DNA of 63,697 bases, filler included, from Bigelowiella natans CCMP2755 (taxonomy: Eukaryota; Protista; Cercozoa): NCBI GenBank assembly GCA_000320545.1. It is 6 parts of 6 records of this genome, joined end to end, with 100 filler letters (N's around TTAATTAATTAA, not from the genome) between each part and the next. Parts side by side here need not be neighbours in the genome. Positions count along the whole stretch, not along the records: positions 44,358 to 59,132 come from ADNK01001170.1; 5 more parts are not named here. The stretch is one strand, 5' to 3'. A model generated the notes under the pieces. It searched no databases, was not told the DNA's origin, and worked only from the letters and a program-made list of their open reading frames with translations. A program made the position numbers and the translations under genes. Shown here one piece after another: positions 45,221 to 56,359 of the stretch. Every line of letters starts with the position of its first letter. Positions within the stretch are counted from its first letter, which is position 1.

Positions 45221-46628
45221 TTCTTACTCAAAACGCTGACTCAATTAACACAACACAGGTAGACACACACACACACACACACACGCACACACACGCACAC
45301 ACGCACACACATATATATGCGGACAGCATTCAGCAAAAGCCAAAACCAACAAACTCCTCCAAGGGCAGGGGCAGACCTAAGGCATTTCTTGGCGGTCTCG
45401 AGGTTGTTGTTAGAGCACTTCTGCACGATAGTAATCACGGGCCTTGCCAAGAAGCCATCAGAGATCATCTGCCGCCATCCGTTGGGAAACCGAATCTGTT
45501 ACCAACAAGGCCATCAAAGCACACAGTTCGTGTCGGTATGTTCATCTTCGCCGAGTCGTTCATCTTGCATTTACCAAGCAAGTCAAAGCAAAAATGGGGA
45601 AAATCCGAAAATTCTACAAGCCCGGGAGAAGATGCACGGCCAAAGCTCATAATCTCGCACGGTTCTCGTAGAGAGCAAACGATTGAACTCGCCACGTTCC
45701 AGCTCTCTCATGCATGTCGCGGACGAAAAACCAACGCGATTTTCATCGCGAAAAAGAAATACAAATCGCCCATCCGCGCTTCTCCTAGACAGGCCGGGTG
45801 CAATATTAGCTCTTCCCCTCCCCCCTCACCCCCCCCCCCTTCAACCTTCTCCAACGTCTCCATCTCATCTTGCGGGATGTCGGCGTAGTTTAGGAAGGAT
45901 TCTGTGGGGAATGAAAAGCTTAAGCACTGTGGTGCCAGTTTTAAGACCATATCCCCCACCGGGAGTTTTGGTTTTTTGGCCAAGGCATCAAATGGGAATC
46001 GCCCAATATTTAAAAGGGTATAATTATATATATATATATATATATAGTAGTAGTAGTAGTAGGAGGAGGAGGAGGAGGGGGGGGGGGGGGAGGGGGAACA
46101 GAATGGGGATTTATTCATCGATGCGCGATGTGAATGTGCGCGCAGCCTTTCCTGCTCTCCACAAAGAGAATGCAAATTTAACGCCCGACAGTGCTCAGAC
46201 ATGGCAAAACCGTCGCGTGTGCAGCGTGGTTATTGTTCCATCGGGGTTTGTCTTCTTCTATCTTTTGATGTGTTACTTCGGGTGCTGTGGTGTGGCGTTG
46301 TTCGTCCTACCTTTGAGCATGGACTGCTGGAACGCTTGATTGCGCATTCGATGGTCTCCCAGGTTCTGGTACAACAAATTGCGGTTGCATGCAAAGGACG
46401 GGTATAGTACGTTATCCGAGCAGACGTGCAGAGGAGCGGGAATGGAAACGGGGGGGGAGGGGGGGGGAGCGGCATCTTGCTTCTATCTGCAACCTCTCCT
46501 TTGTAAGGGCTTGCCATAGCGTCCACCTTTGCGTTTTTATTAGGGTAATATATAGGAGCAGTAGAGTGTCGTTAGACACGATGGAACTGTATGTATAAGT
46601 GTGTGTGCGTGTGTGTTTGGTGAATCCG

Positions 46629-46675
<47 letters not shown>

Positions 46676-47060
46676 ACAAGGTGGATGTGTGTATCACGTG
46701 CGTAGATCAATTTTTTTACGATTTCAGTGAGAATCTTCACGGCAAAGAACTGCTTCCGATCTTGACCTCTACAAGGCATTTTTCGAGTGCGACAGGGATG
46801 AAACACAGGGATTTCATGGAAGAAAGATATTTACTGAGATTACATCGTCGTGTGTGGGGTGCGTTTTGGACAGGGGAGTAATTGAAGTGATGCGGCGTGT
46901 TCATTCTACAAAGGCAAAGGGGCAATCAGCGCGCATGCAGGCCACTTCGCAGCCTTAGCACAGAGTCTTACTTCAAGTTTGTGTAAGCTTCTAGTAAAAG
47001 GGTCGGCGTTCGGAGACTATAAACCTGTGCGTATACCAATACATGTGTGAGTGTGTGAGC

Positions 47061-47097
<37 letters not shown>

Positions 47098-47469
47098 AGT
47101 GTGCGTGAGTGTGTGTATGTCTAAGATATCCAACCTTCGGCCATCCTATCTTTACGAGCCGACCTTCATAAACACACATCGACACGATTATATAAAACGA
47201 CGCTAATGTTCAAGGCATTACGATTCGCTTCGCTTGTTTCGCGCGCGTCCTGTCATGGCTAGAGAATGCCTCGAACGTCAGAACTGTGCTCTTGCGTCTG
47301 TTGTTCTTGGTGCGATTGGGTGGTCATAGCATATAGTACCGATGCATTGAATGAGAAGACCTATCACCGGGTTCGGAAGCGTCTTTTCATTCGATCGTTC
47401 TCTGCAGAAGCATATGTTAACTCGCACACACACACAAACACATACACACCTATACACCTACACACAACA

Positions 47470-47500
<31 letters not shown>

Positions 47501-47695
47501 TCGTCACGGCCGCGCACCAATAGGAGAAGCTGCAAGCATAAAACGCGTCTCTTTATACACTGCTATCTGCACAAAATCCCTCGAAGACCTGAAGATCTGG
47601 TCGATCATCCAATTGCGAAGCGAATCAGGGCTCTTAATCTCTTCTTTGACATCGATGAATCTAATGTGAAATGTGTGTATGATTTATATGTGTAG

Positions 47696-47737
<42 letters not shown>

Positions 47738-48543
47738 ATGTGTGGAAAAAGGGAGGATTGTATGCAGGAAATCTGACTGTGTGATGAGTTTGAGAAGTGC
47801 TCGTGCAGCGAACGTGAGCGCGTATATGCAGGAGAAGCGGACTTTCTCATAGTTCTCAAACACCCTGTTTGGAAGCAGAAATTAACGAGGAAACACACAC
47901 GCGCGCGCTCGCACGATGAGGAGCTAAAATTCCACGCTGATGGTGAGCGATCATAATCTAGAGAGAAGACAAGGTGGTGAAGAGAGAAGCGAGAGAACGA
48001 GCCATATCACCATATCAGCTGCTTGATTTTACTGCCAGATGCCGTGTATGGAGCTAAGAAAGTCGAGGCCTACACACGCAGGGAAGCATCTCTTTCAGTT
48101 TTTTGCCGTATATTCTCCCGCCTCCCTCTCTTTTCCATGGCCTTGCGCAGAGTGAACGCACGGGTAGGCAAGAATTGTTGCAAATGTTGTTGCTGCTGCT
48201 GTTGTTCCCCCCCGAGCGTGCTAAGGCTCTGGTGTTGAAAGGAATGGTTGCTTTTCTACTTACACGTCCGCGGGCGGCATTATCCGCACCGAAAAGTGCC
48301 CGGGCTGCGTTCTCAAACCTGAGCAACCCTGGGAAAACATATGCACATTCACCTTCGTTGTCTCTTCCCCCCCGTCCCTTAATTATCCAGCACTTTATGC
48401 GCTGCAGCGCCTCTGCAAGTGGCGCATTGATCTACTCGTACTCACGTTCTATATTTCTTGCCCCCTACCCCCCTCTACTCCCTCTCCACGCTCGTCGAGC
48501 ACCCTGCTGTTGAACCTTTCTCATCCTCGGAAGGGGCCGCCAT
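44358..48543 (-). CDS. Exportin-7/RanBP16-like karyopherin, N-terminal half (3' truncated)
   Basis: LRFENAARALF, YALTFAARALLKLIT, LRNWMIDQIF, VIGLLIQCIGRLVKIGW, DHRMRNQAFQQSML, IRFPNGWRQMI, LLQLMAAM, VFHEWCLFVVRV follow the order of exportin-7 N-terminal segments. Confidence 0.65.
44846..44995 (+). repeat. Diverged inverted copy of segment 44358-44512
   Basis: ctatgtcgcagacatggaaacgctattttgg...tatacacatc is the reverse complement (with substitutions) of gatgtgtata...caaaatagcgttcccatgtctgcgacatag, including the flanking (TA)n(TG)n and tattttccatttcattat. Confidence 0.9.
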
Positions 48544-48754
48544 TTGGCTATCGCTCAGTCTCTGCTGTTTGGTTTTATGCCACGTGTAATGTTCCATTCT
48601 AGGTAATTTTACGCTTCATTTATTTCCTAAATACTGTAGCCTCCCCTATAGCCGTCTGTCTACAGCTGCATGCTGAAACAGGTGGATTGTGTGTTCAGAT
48701 GTTTTCAGGGCGCAAAGTTTCCCTGGCGGACGAGCTTTTTTCGGGCCGAAGTTT

Positions 48755-49416
48755 CGAGGTCTGCAAATCATCGAATGTTGTCGGTCGCAACAACAATGGC
48801 AACAACGACGAACGAATTTTGGCATTCGAAATGTTTTGTTTGCTTTGGGCACAATTCATTCAGCGCACAGCGTCACTACGAGCTCCGTTCATCCTGATTT
48901 GATGTCGCAGGTATGGGAAAACATGCGATTCCATGCGTACGACTGAGCTAGTGCGCCTCGGCTGAACAGCCCACAACACACAATGGCGTGGGTACTGAGA
49001 ACTACGTTTGGGCTCAGGCGGATGGCGACTGTGGCGACGGCTACAGGTTGTGAGAATGCTGCTCTTGTTTTTTATTCGAATTCAACGAGGTCTGCAAATC
49101 ATCGAATGTTGTCGGTCGCAACAACAATGGCAACAACGACGAACGAATTTTGGCATTCGAAATGTTTTGTTTGCTTTGGGCACAATTCATTCAGCGCACA
49201 GCGTCACTACGAGCTCCGTTCATCCTGATTTGATGTCGCAGGTATGGGAAAACATGCGATTCCATGCGTACGACTGAGCTAGTGCGCCTCGGCTGAACAG
49301 CCCACAACACACAATGGCGTGGGTACTGAGAACTACGTTTGGGCTCAGGCGGATGGCGACTGTGGCGACGGCTACAGGTTGTGAGAATGCTGCTCTTGTT
49401 TTTTATTCGAATTCAA
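48755..49416 (+). repeat. Tandem duplication, 2 x 331 bp, apparently identical
   Basis: cgaggtctgcaaatcatcg...ttattcgaattcaa occurs at 48755-49085 and 49086-49416; the ORF track also repeats with a 331 offset (48983/49314). Confidence 0.95.
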
Positions 49417-50212
49417 CATCCCCTCACGCCGCATCGATGCTCTGTAGGCTCTACGCTGGCGCTATCCTTGTCCTTTTGGGGGGAGACAGGCACGGGGAAT
49501 CATCGCCCGTTCAACGCCGTCGATAAGGAGCACATGCGCTTTGTCCAAAGATCCTCTTCCTCCGGCCCCCCATCCTCGTCAACGGCAAAAACAAAGCCAC
49601 CCCGCCTGGTGTCTAAGTGGCAGAATCCGGGCGTTAGAGCTACGAAGGATATCGTCTCCGGAGAAGAAGAGGAGCAGTTAATAGCAGAGGTGATGTGCTC
49701 CTCGTGTTACATCCACGCGCAGACGCAAACACTTGATCGGGCCACCCCCCCGTTGATACCTGGATCTTATCGTTACTACGTGCCTTTAGGTCAAAGATTT
49801 GATCAGCAAGTATGGATGCAGGTTAGCCACCCGTCTTTCCGTGCTGGAGAAGACGAAGAATGTCATCATCGGGCATTACAATCCTAAACACCCCCCCCTC
49901 TGATACTTACCATGCCTCTACCCATCTATCACAGTCATATTGACGATAAACAAGAGGAGTTCTATCGACTCCAAATGAAGCACCTAGCCAAACCGCCTCC
50001 GGTGAACATGATGCGAGTGACAGGTGGTGGATCGTCAGTCTGCTGTGGATTGACCATATCCGCAAACACGTGCTAGTCGTCTCCATGGACATCAAACCTC
50101 AGAAACGTTGACATTGTTCATAGCCTATGATGCTTTCACTCTCTCTCTCTCTCTCTCCCTCTCTCTCTCTCTCTCTGTGTGTGTGTATGTGTGTACATGT
50201 AACATATACATG

Positions 50213-50248
<36 letters not shown>

Positions 50249-51837
50249 CAAACTCGGTTGTTATGATTCTGATTCAAAAGGCCGGGTTGAGAGCGAAGAG
50301 CAACGGTTAGCTCCGTGGGGATACGGGGACGGATTCGACGAAACAAAGGTTTTATTAGGGAGGAAACATATCATTGATAATGATAATAATAAAAACTACA
50401 ATACTGCTGATGAAAAATAATGAAGGGAATCTAGCGACAATCATAGTAACTATAAGGGGGAAATGGGTAGTAACAAAACATAACCTACGAACGAAGCAAA
50501 AACGCGAAATTGAAGCAATCCCTTCGTCATTGTAGGTTCCGCCGATGCTCCGAATGCTTCTCGAGCGAGTGAAGAATCATCCTGAATTCTCCCTTGGCAG
50601 GTCAAAATCTCGCAGCCTCCACTTCGATTCTTCTGCTTCTGCTGTGTTCGCGAACGATCAACACTGAAAATCTAAACTGTTACCGCCCCATGCAGCCCTC
50701 GGGACATCACTCTGAACTATAGGCACTCTACCTTCTTTCGATTAGACCCCCATCTCGATCCTGAGGTAATTTGTGGAGTAGACGTCAATTCAACACTCTT
50801 GCTGCATGATAGCGGAGTGTGCGGGAGAAGAAAGCATCTTCGAAGTAGAAGAACGATGCTCCTCGATTTTCTGTTTTTTTTCGCGAACAACTCTTCATTC
50901 GTTTGGTTTTGAAAAACCTGCCCTTGGGATGTGGATGTCTGTCTGGTAGATTCTCGAATTCGATCCCCCAAGTATTTTTCTGTTTTCTTGATGTTACTAC
51001 AGTTAGACGGGGGAAACATCTTCATCATAGGCCTTAATTCGGACGCAGTGCTCACACTTGTGCCCCCTACATGCAACATGAACTTCGCTCTGCAGAACCA
51101 GGAAAGGGTAACGGCTTAGTTTTTAGCTTAATCGTTAATGATCGTCATACGTTGCACCATCAAAGAACGCACGCATCTTGGCTTCGAGCTTGCGCCTTCG
51201 TCGTTCTTTCTGTATACATGCATTGATCGTAGCTGTGATTATGTTGGGATTGTTTGGCTTCAGGTGAGCACGCGTTCCTGGCATCCCGGGGACATTGATA
51301 TCTTGATTCCCAGGCACTTCGCAATTTAGATGTTTTTGCTTCCAATGGATGTTAATTTCACTACAGAATTTTTGCTATTTTTATGCTGCCTCTCACTGGA
51401 ACATAGGAGAGGCATGGCCCATTTGCACGATGCGGCACGCAGTCTGTGGAAGCACGGAATGCGTCTAGGCATCTCCCCAAGGTGTTGTCGCTTGGAAATG
51501 AAAACCCGTGCGTCGCTCTCTTGATCTTGTTTCATGCAATCGCGTGATCATTTTGCTCCTGTGACACATTCAGTTCGCAATTGGGCGACTCACGGTTTCA
51601 AGATCCTCACGTGCGTTGAAACACAAACTGATGCCCATTTTGAACAATCTGCCATGCATTACATAGTCGTACATCCTCAATCGTGTCTGCTCTCACATTG
51701 TCACATAGAAATTTGCCTCTAACTCATTGCAGGAGCAACACACTTCGCTTTGTTGCTGGTTTGGATCCTCGCATCACCTGGTGCCCCGGGCTAATGAAAG
51801 ATTTTCGATCGTATTTGCATTTGCGGACAAGAAGTGA
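49314..51837 (+). CDS. AlkB-like 2OG-Fe(II) dioxygenase with mitochondrial-type presequence
   Basis: DIVSGEEEEQLIAE, DITLNYR...PHLD (HxD), IIGLNSDAVLTL, ILIPRRGMAHLHDAARSLWKHG (distal H), ERFSIVFAF (R); leader MAWVLRTTFGLRRMATV. Confidence 0.8.
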
Positions 51838-52199
51838 TGTTTCGAATTCGCCACTGCTAGACTGCTAGACTGCTGGATAGTTGCATGCGCATGTCATTCA
51901 AATGAACACAACTCATCCACCACAAGGCAGCAGGCACGTAGTCACAGCTTGATGACTTTCACGTGCAATCAATTGTCATCCACTTCCATGCACATCATCG
52001 CAGCGCTCATTGCTAGATCGGCTAACATTGCACATCACACGGGTGCGTGCGTGCGTGCGTGCGTGCACACATCATGCTAGCATGTGTGCGCAGGGCTGAC
52101 TGCTTCGCATTTTTCAAGCAAGCACGACGCTTCTTGTCACAACTGAGCTGCTACGCTCCAGTCTAGCAGTGCTCTAGTGCTCATCTGAGCATCACCATC

Positions 52200-53550
52200 G
52201 TCTAGCTAGGACAAGCTAGCAAAAAGAAAAGAGAAAAATTGAATTTTGAAAGAGAACACAAACACATCCTCAATGATGAGAAATGCCGGCACTTTCCTTT
52301 CGTTTTCGAGACCGGGTTGTTGAAGGCCAGAAGCGGCAGCTGCAGCTGCAGTGTCAAGCTAGCAAGGTTGTGAACGTTCTGCAACCCACAGACCTGTCCC
52401 TCATCGAATTTCTCTTTTCTTGTTTCGGGCCTAAACCGTGCAATTCCTCCAGCACAGACATCGGGGTCTGATCACCAAAAAGGGTGTGGACACAATTCTC
52501 AATGAGCACACACAGGGGCACACACAAGCGTGCATTTTTTCGAACACACGCAAAGATTGCACCTGCTTTTTCACATCTTTCGATGATTTCTTCTTTCGGT
52601 GAAACACTTCAGAGCCAAACATCCACCGTGCGATGCGGTGAAGTGAGACACGAATGATGGACGGCCCATGCAGAATCAAAGAAAGAAGAGGAACAATGAA
52701 CAATGAACAATGAACAAAGCGTTGCTCAAATCCACACGCGCCATGACCACATGGGAGACAGGCGTTTGCATGCAGCAGAGCCTCAACAACACTCGTTGCA
52801 AGAACTTGTCAGCACCCTGTTGGTGATGAGACACAAAAACCAGCTGACAACCCATCTGAGGCGCCAGAGCCGCATCAAGGGGTGAAGTTGCCATGGCCAC
52901 TGAAACCAGCAATCGAAGCCAGATGGAATCAGGAAGAAGAAGCTTGCGACGGGGGGGAACCAGATTTATGAACAGCAGCAAAATTGTCGAGCAGGACAAT
53001 GGTTCGACGGAAAGCCCTGTCGATTTCTTTGTCAGTCGAAGGAACACCAGATCCAGCCCCTGGAGCAAGCTAGCAAGGCACAGCTTTTCACGTGAAGTCA
53101 TGGCCGAGAAGGCACGCAAGGCAATGATGTCATCATTGGAGTCAGCTTGATGGCGAGAAAGAAGGTGTCGAACCCTGTTCCAAAAACGTTCTCTGATGTC
53201 TGATGTTCCTTGACAGGAGAACAGAAGGTGTTGCGCAGAGACACGTCTTCGTGAGAATCACGTGAGGAATGATGAACAATGAACAATGAACAAAGCGTTG
53301 ATCAAATCTACATGCGCCAGAACCACATGGGAGACAGGCGTTTGCATGCAGCAGAGCCTCAACAACACTCGTTGTGAGGACTCATCAGGAACACCATCCC
53401 TCGTGAGGCTCCAAGTGGGAAAAAAGAAGGAAGAGGGAGCAGTGCAGGTTCGGTTTGCGCACCCGTCATTTCTGTTAGTTGCACACAAGGTTTTTTGCCT
53501 GCGACATCAACTTTTCTTTGTCGCACAAAGTCAAACATGCATTGAGTTAC
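52200..53550. mobile_element. Decayed repeat/TE-like block, TpA-depleted
   Basis: Contains two copies of a ~120-bp repeat; only about 10 TA in ~1.35 kb, half of them in CTAG; no transposase recognised. Confidence 0.5.
52691..52815 (+). repeat. Dispersed repeat family copy 1 (others at 53271-53390, 57284-57415, weaker at 57525-57592)
   Basis: (gaacaat)n then aaagcgttg.tcaaatc..ca.gcgcca..accacatgggagacaggcgtttgcatgcagcagagcctcaacaacactcgttg is shared. Confidence 0.85.
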
Positions 53551-53848
53551 GAAGCTTAAAGAACCGCATCTCAACTTGCGGTAATTTACGTGAGTTTCGT
53601 GGCGTAAGTTGCGCTCGTACCATTCCCGGATCAACATGCGGCTCACATTTCAATCGTTTTTCGGAGGCCAAGTTGGCCTAAAATTGGCGAATTCCGGGAT
53701 ACCGGGAGTGGATTCCAGTGTTTAGTCAGCTCGGTGTATTTTGGTAATTATCTCCTTAAATATTTAGAAAAATTCAAAGAGAATTCAACGTTACAATCAC
53801 TAGGAGCCACGTGGTTGGAGGTTAGAGGCTTGAGGCTTGCTTGCCCCC

Positions 53849-54752
53849 ATGGCGGAGCATTCTGTTAGGTTTCTCATCGTGGACGATTCCTTGGTGTCAA
53901 GGAAGATTCTTAAAAAGTTGATAAGTGGAATGAAACCGAACTACTTGGTGGACATGGCGAAGTCGGGCGAGGAGGTAGCTTTGGTCATAACAGCAACAAT
54001 TTAGTTTAGCATTGAATAATCATGCTTTCTTATTTCAGGGAATAGAAATGGCCAAGAATCAAAGAAAACATGGCAATAACTATGATCTAGTTTTCATGGA
54101 TCAGGACATGAAAGACACGTTTAAACCCGAGCGTGCAGCAGAAGATTTCCAACAACTGCAAGGTCACGATGCTGTAGAAATTATGCGGAAGCTCAACATG
54201 AAGTTTCCCATTGTGATGCGGACATCATCGTGTAGTTACAAAGATTTAGCCCGTTATTATACGAGTGGTGCAGACGCAGTCCTTCCAAAAAGTATCCCGG
54301 CGAAAAAAGTGGTAAAATCCCTGCTATTTGTGGAGGGTCCTATGAAGAGGCAGCTCCAAATGTCAAAATCTGTTAAAGGATTTATATTATTGGGTCACAG
54401 AGATGGACTGGAATCATCACAGACTCCTGAACAACCTGTGAAGAAATTAATCCTCTCAAATTCCAAGATTCTTTCACTGGATGAGACGCCTCTTGAAGAC
54501 AGAAGTAGAAGACTTATTAAAAAAAATCTCACAGCCGAATTAGGAGGGAGAGGGGTGGAAGCATTTCTTGAAGACAGAAAAAGAAGACTTATTAAAGAAG
54601 GTTTCTCAACCGAATTAGGAGGGAGAGGGGTGGAAGCATTTAAATCTTCCTCTTTGTCGAGAGAAGGATCTTCCAATGGAATTTCATTTAAGAATCTCGA
54701 AGATGAGAAGGCAAGGAGGGTAGATTTACAAAAGCAAGAGAAGAGAGATTAG
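53849..54752 (+). CDS. Stand-alone CheY-like response regulator receiver protein (2 exons; intron 53975-54038)
   Basis: RFLIVDDSLVSRKILKKL, AKSGEE|GIE, YDLVFMDQDM (phospho-acceptor Asp), GHDAVEIMR, PIVMRTS, GADAVLPK. Confidence 0.88.
54492..54641 (+). repeat. In-frame 75-bp (25-aa) tandem duplication in the response regulator tail
   Basis: LEDRSRRLIKKNLTAELGGRGVEAF / LEDRKRRLIKEGFSTELGGRGVEAF. Confidence 0.9.
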
Positions 54753-55139
54753 ATTGTAAATAATTTTGATGGCACAAGGAATGCAGTATAGATGAAGAAA
54801 ATGAAAAGTTTTAATTTCCCAAATTATTAGTAAGATGGGATGCATGCAAAATATGTTATGTGATATTTCACCATCTAAGTATTGAAATCATTACAAATGT
54901 TACTAGTGATAGTGTCACCACATATTTAGACACTAAGTTTTTCTTTAGTTCAGCTATGGTATGGAAATTTAAAAATATGAGGAACATTGAAATGCTCAAA
55001 TTGATTGACATGGCTGAGACAACGAAACACTACAGCATCACGACACATGATGTGCGCCGAAAGCGCGCATTGGACACAGCACGTGCACTAGTCTAGCCTA
55101 GTAGCTCTAGAGCTAATGGTGCATCCTGACGACTTCGAT

Positions 55140-56309
55140 TCACACCGTGCCTGCGATGCGGTCAGAAGTTGTCACAGCCAGTAGAACCTCGCAACATCGG
55201 TTTTGCGAGCATGGTGGCCGCACTGTGGCAAGTTTCATCAGAAGGTCAACAAATTGAAAAAAATGCGACACGCTAGCACGCATTGCGAACGCACTCTGGT
55301 GGACTCTGACGAGCTCCTGGTGATTTCGATCAAGTGCGCTCAAAAACCTTTTTGCGTTGCGACAGAAATTGACGCACAGACGAAGGTGCAAACAATCGAT
55401 TTTGAAAACCATTGCTGCTGCAACGCGACGTTCGCTCTCAAAAAACGTTTTTTTGCTCCGAGCACTCAAACCATGTCAGATGTGTGGCACGTACTAGTTT
55501 GCCAAAAGTGCCATGGGTGATGCTCAATTGAGGATTTGCACGTCACTGGTTTCCAACATTGCACGTCCGTGCGTGCCACATTGTCGATTCGGCAATTCAC
55601 ACTGTGCGTGCATTGCCATGACTGATGACACTGCACGTTGAAGAACACGTGTTGCCAGCAATGTGTGCAGATTGAACCTGTGTTGAACACGTTTGTTGAC
55701 AAAGTGCCTGAAATTTTTTTCAGGTGACCGCCTGGTTGATTCCACAAATTCCGATTTGGGGCCAACGGGAGCACAGGAGTGCGTTCAACGCCGCCCATTG
55801 GACCCCAACCCACCAGCCCGCCACCGCGTCTGGTGGTGTCAGACAAAGGCTTCGAGTTGGGGTTGGGGCACGCCAGCACGTCAGAGTCAGAATTGGGGTC
55901 AGGCTCAGGATTGCAGTCAGTTCACTTGTGCTGCAGAAGATGCCATCCACACAGCCACAAAGGCTCCATGGCGTGCAGCCCATCAGCACACATGCCATCC
56001 ACTACACGTGTGGTGTCCTGCAACACATGGCACAAAAAACACCGCGCAACACATGTTCGCATGCGTGCGCACGCTACGTGGCCACAAAGGCTCCACACAT
56101 CGGGTTGGTCAGAGACCCTGAGACCAAGGTGGTGCCCTCTTTGACAATGTCGAATCCAGCAAGTCAGGATCAGGGTTGTGGTCAATGAGGTGAGGGTTGG
56201 GTCAGAGGTTGGCGATCAGGGTTCTTGGGGTCATTGGACCAGAGAACAAGCCATTGGATGTCACACCTCCGCGTTTCCACGTTCACGTTGCGATGTTGCA
56301 ATTTCACTC

Positions 56310-56359
<50 letters not shown>

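Noticed and set aside
16931-51837. DNA-repair 'cluster' of PNKP, ASCC3 and AlkB-like, or TadA as the mutator
   Set aside because: These genes lie on different artificially joined contigs, and TadA looks like a conventional organellar tRNA deaminase. No linkage evidence.
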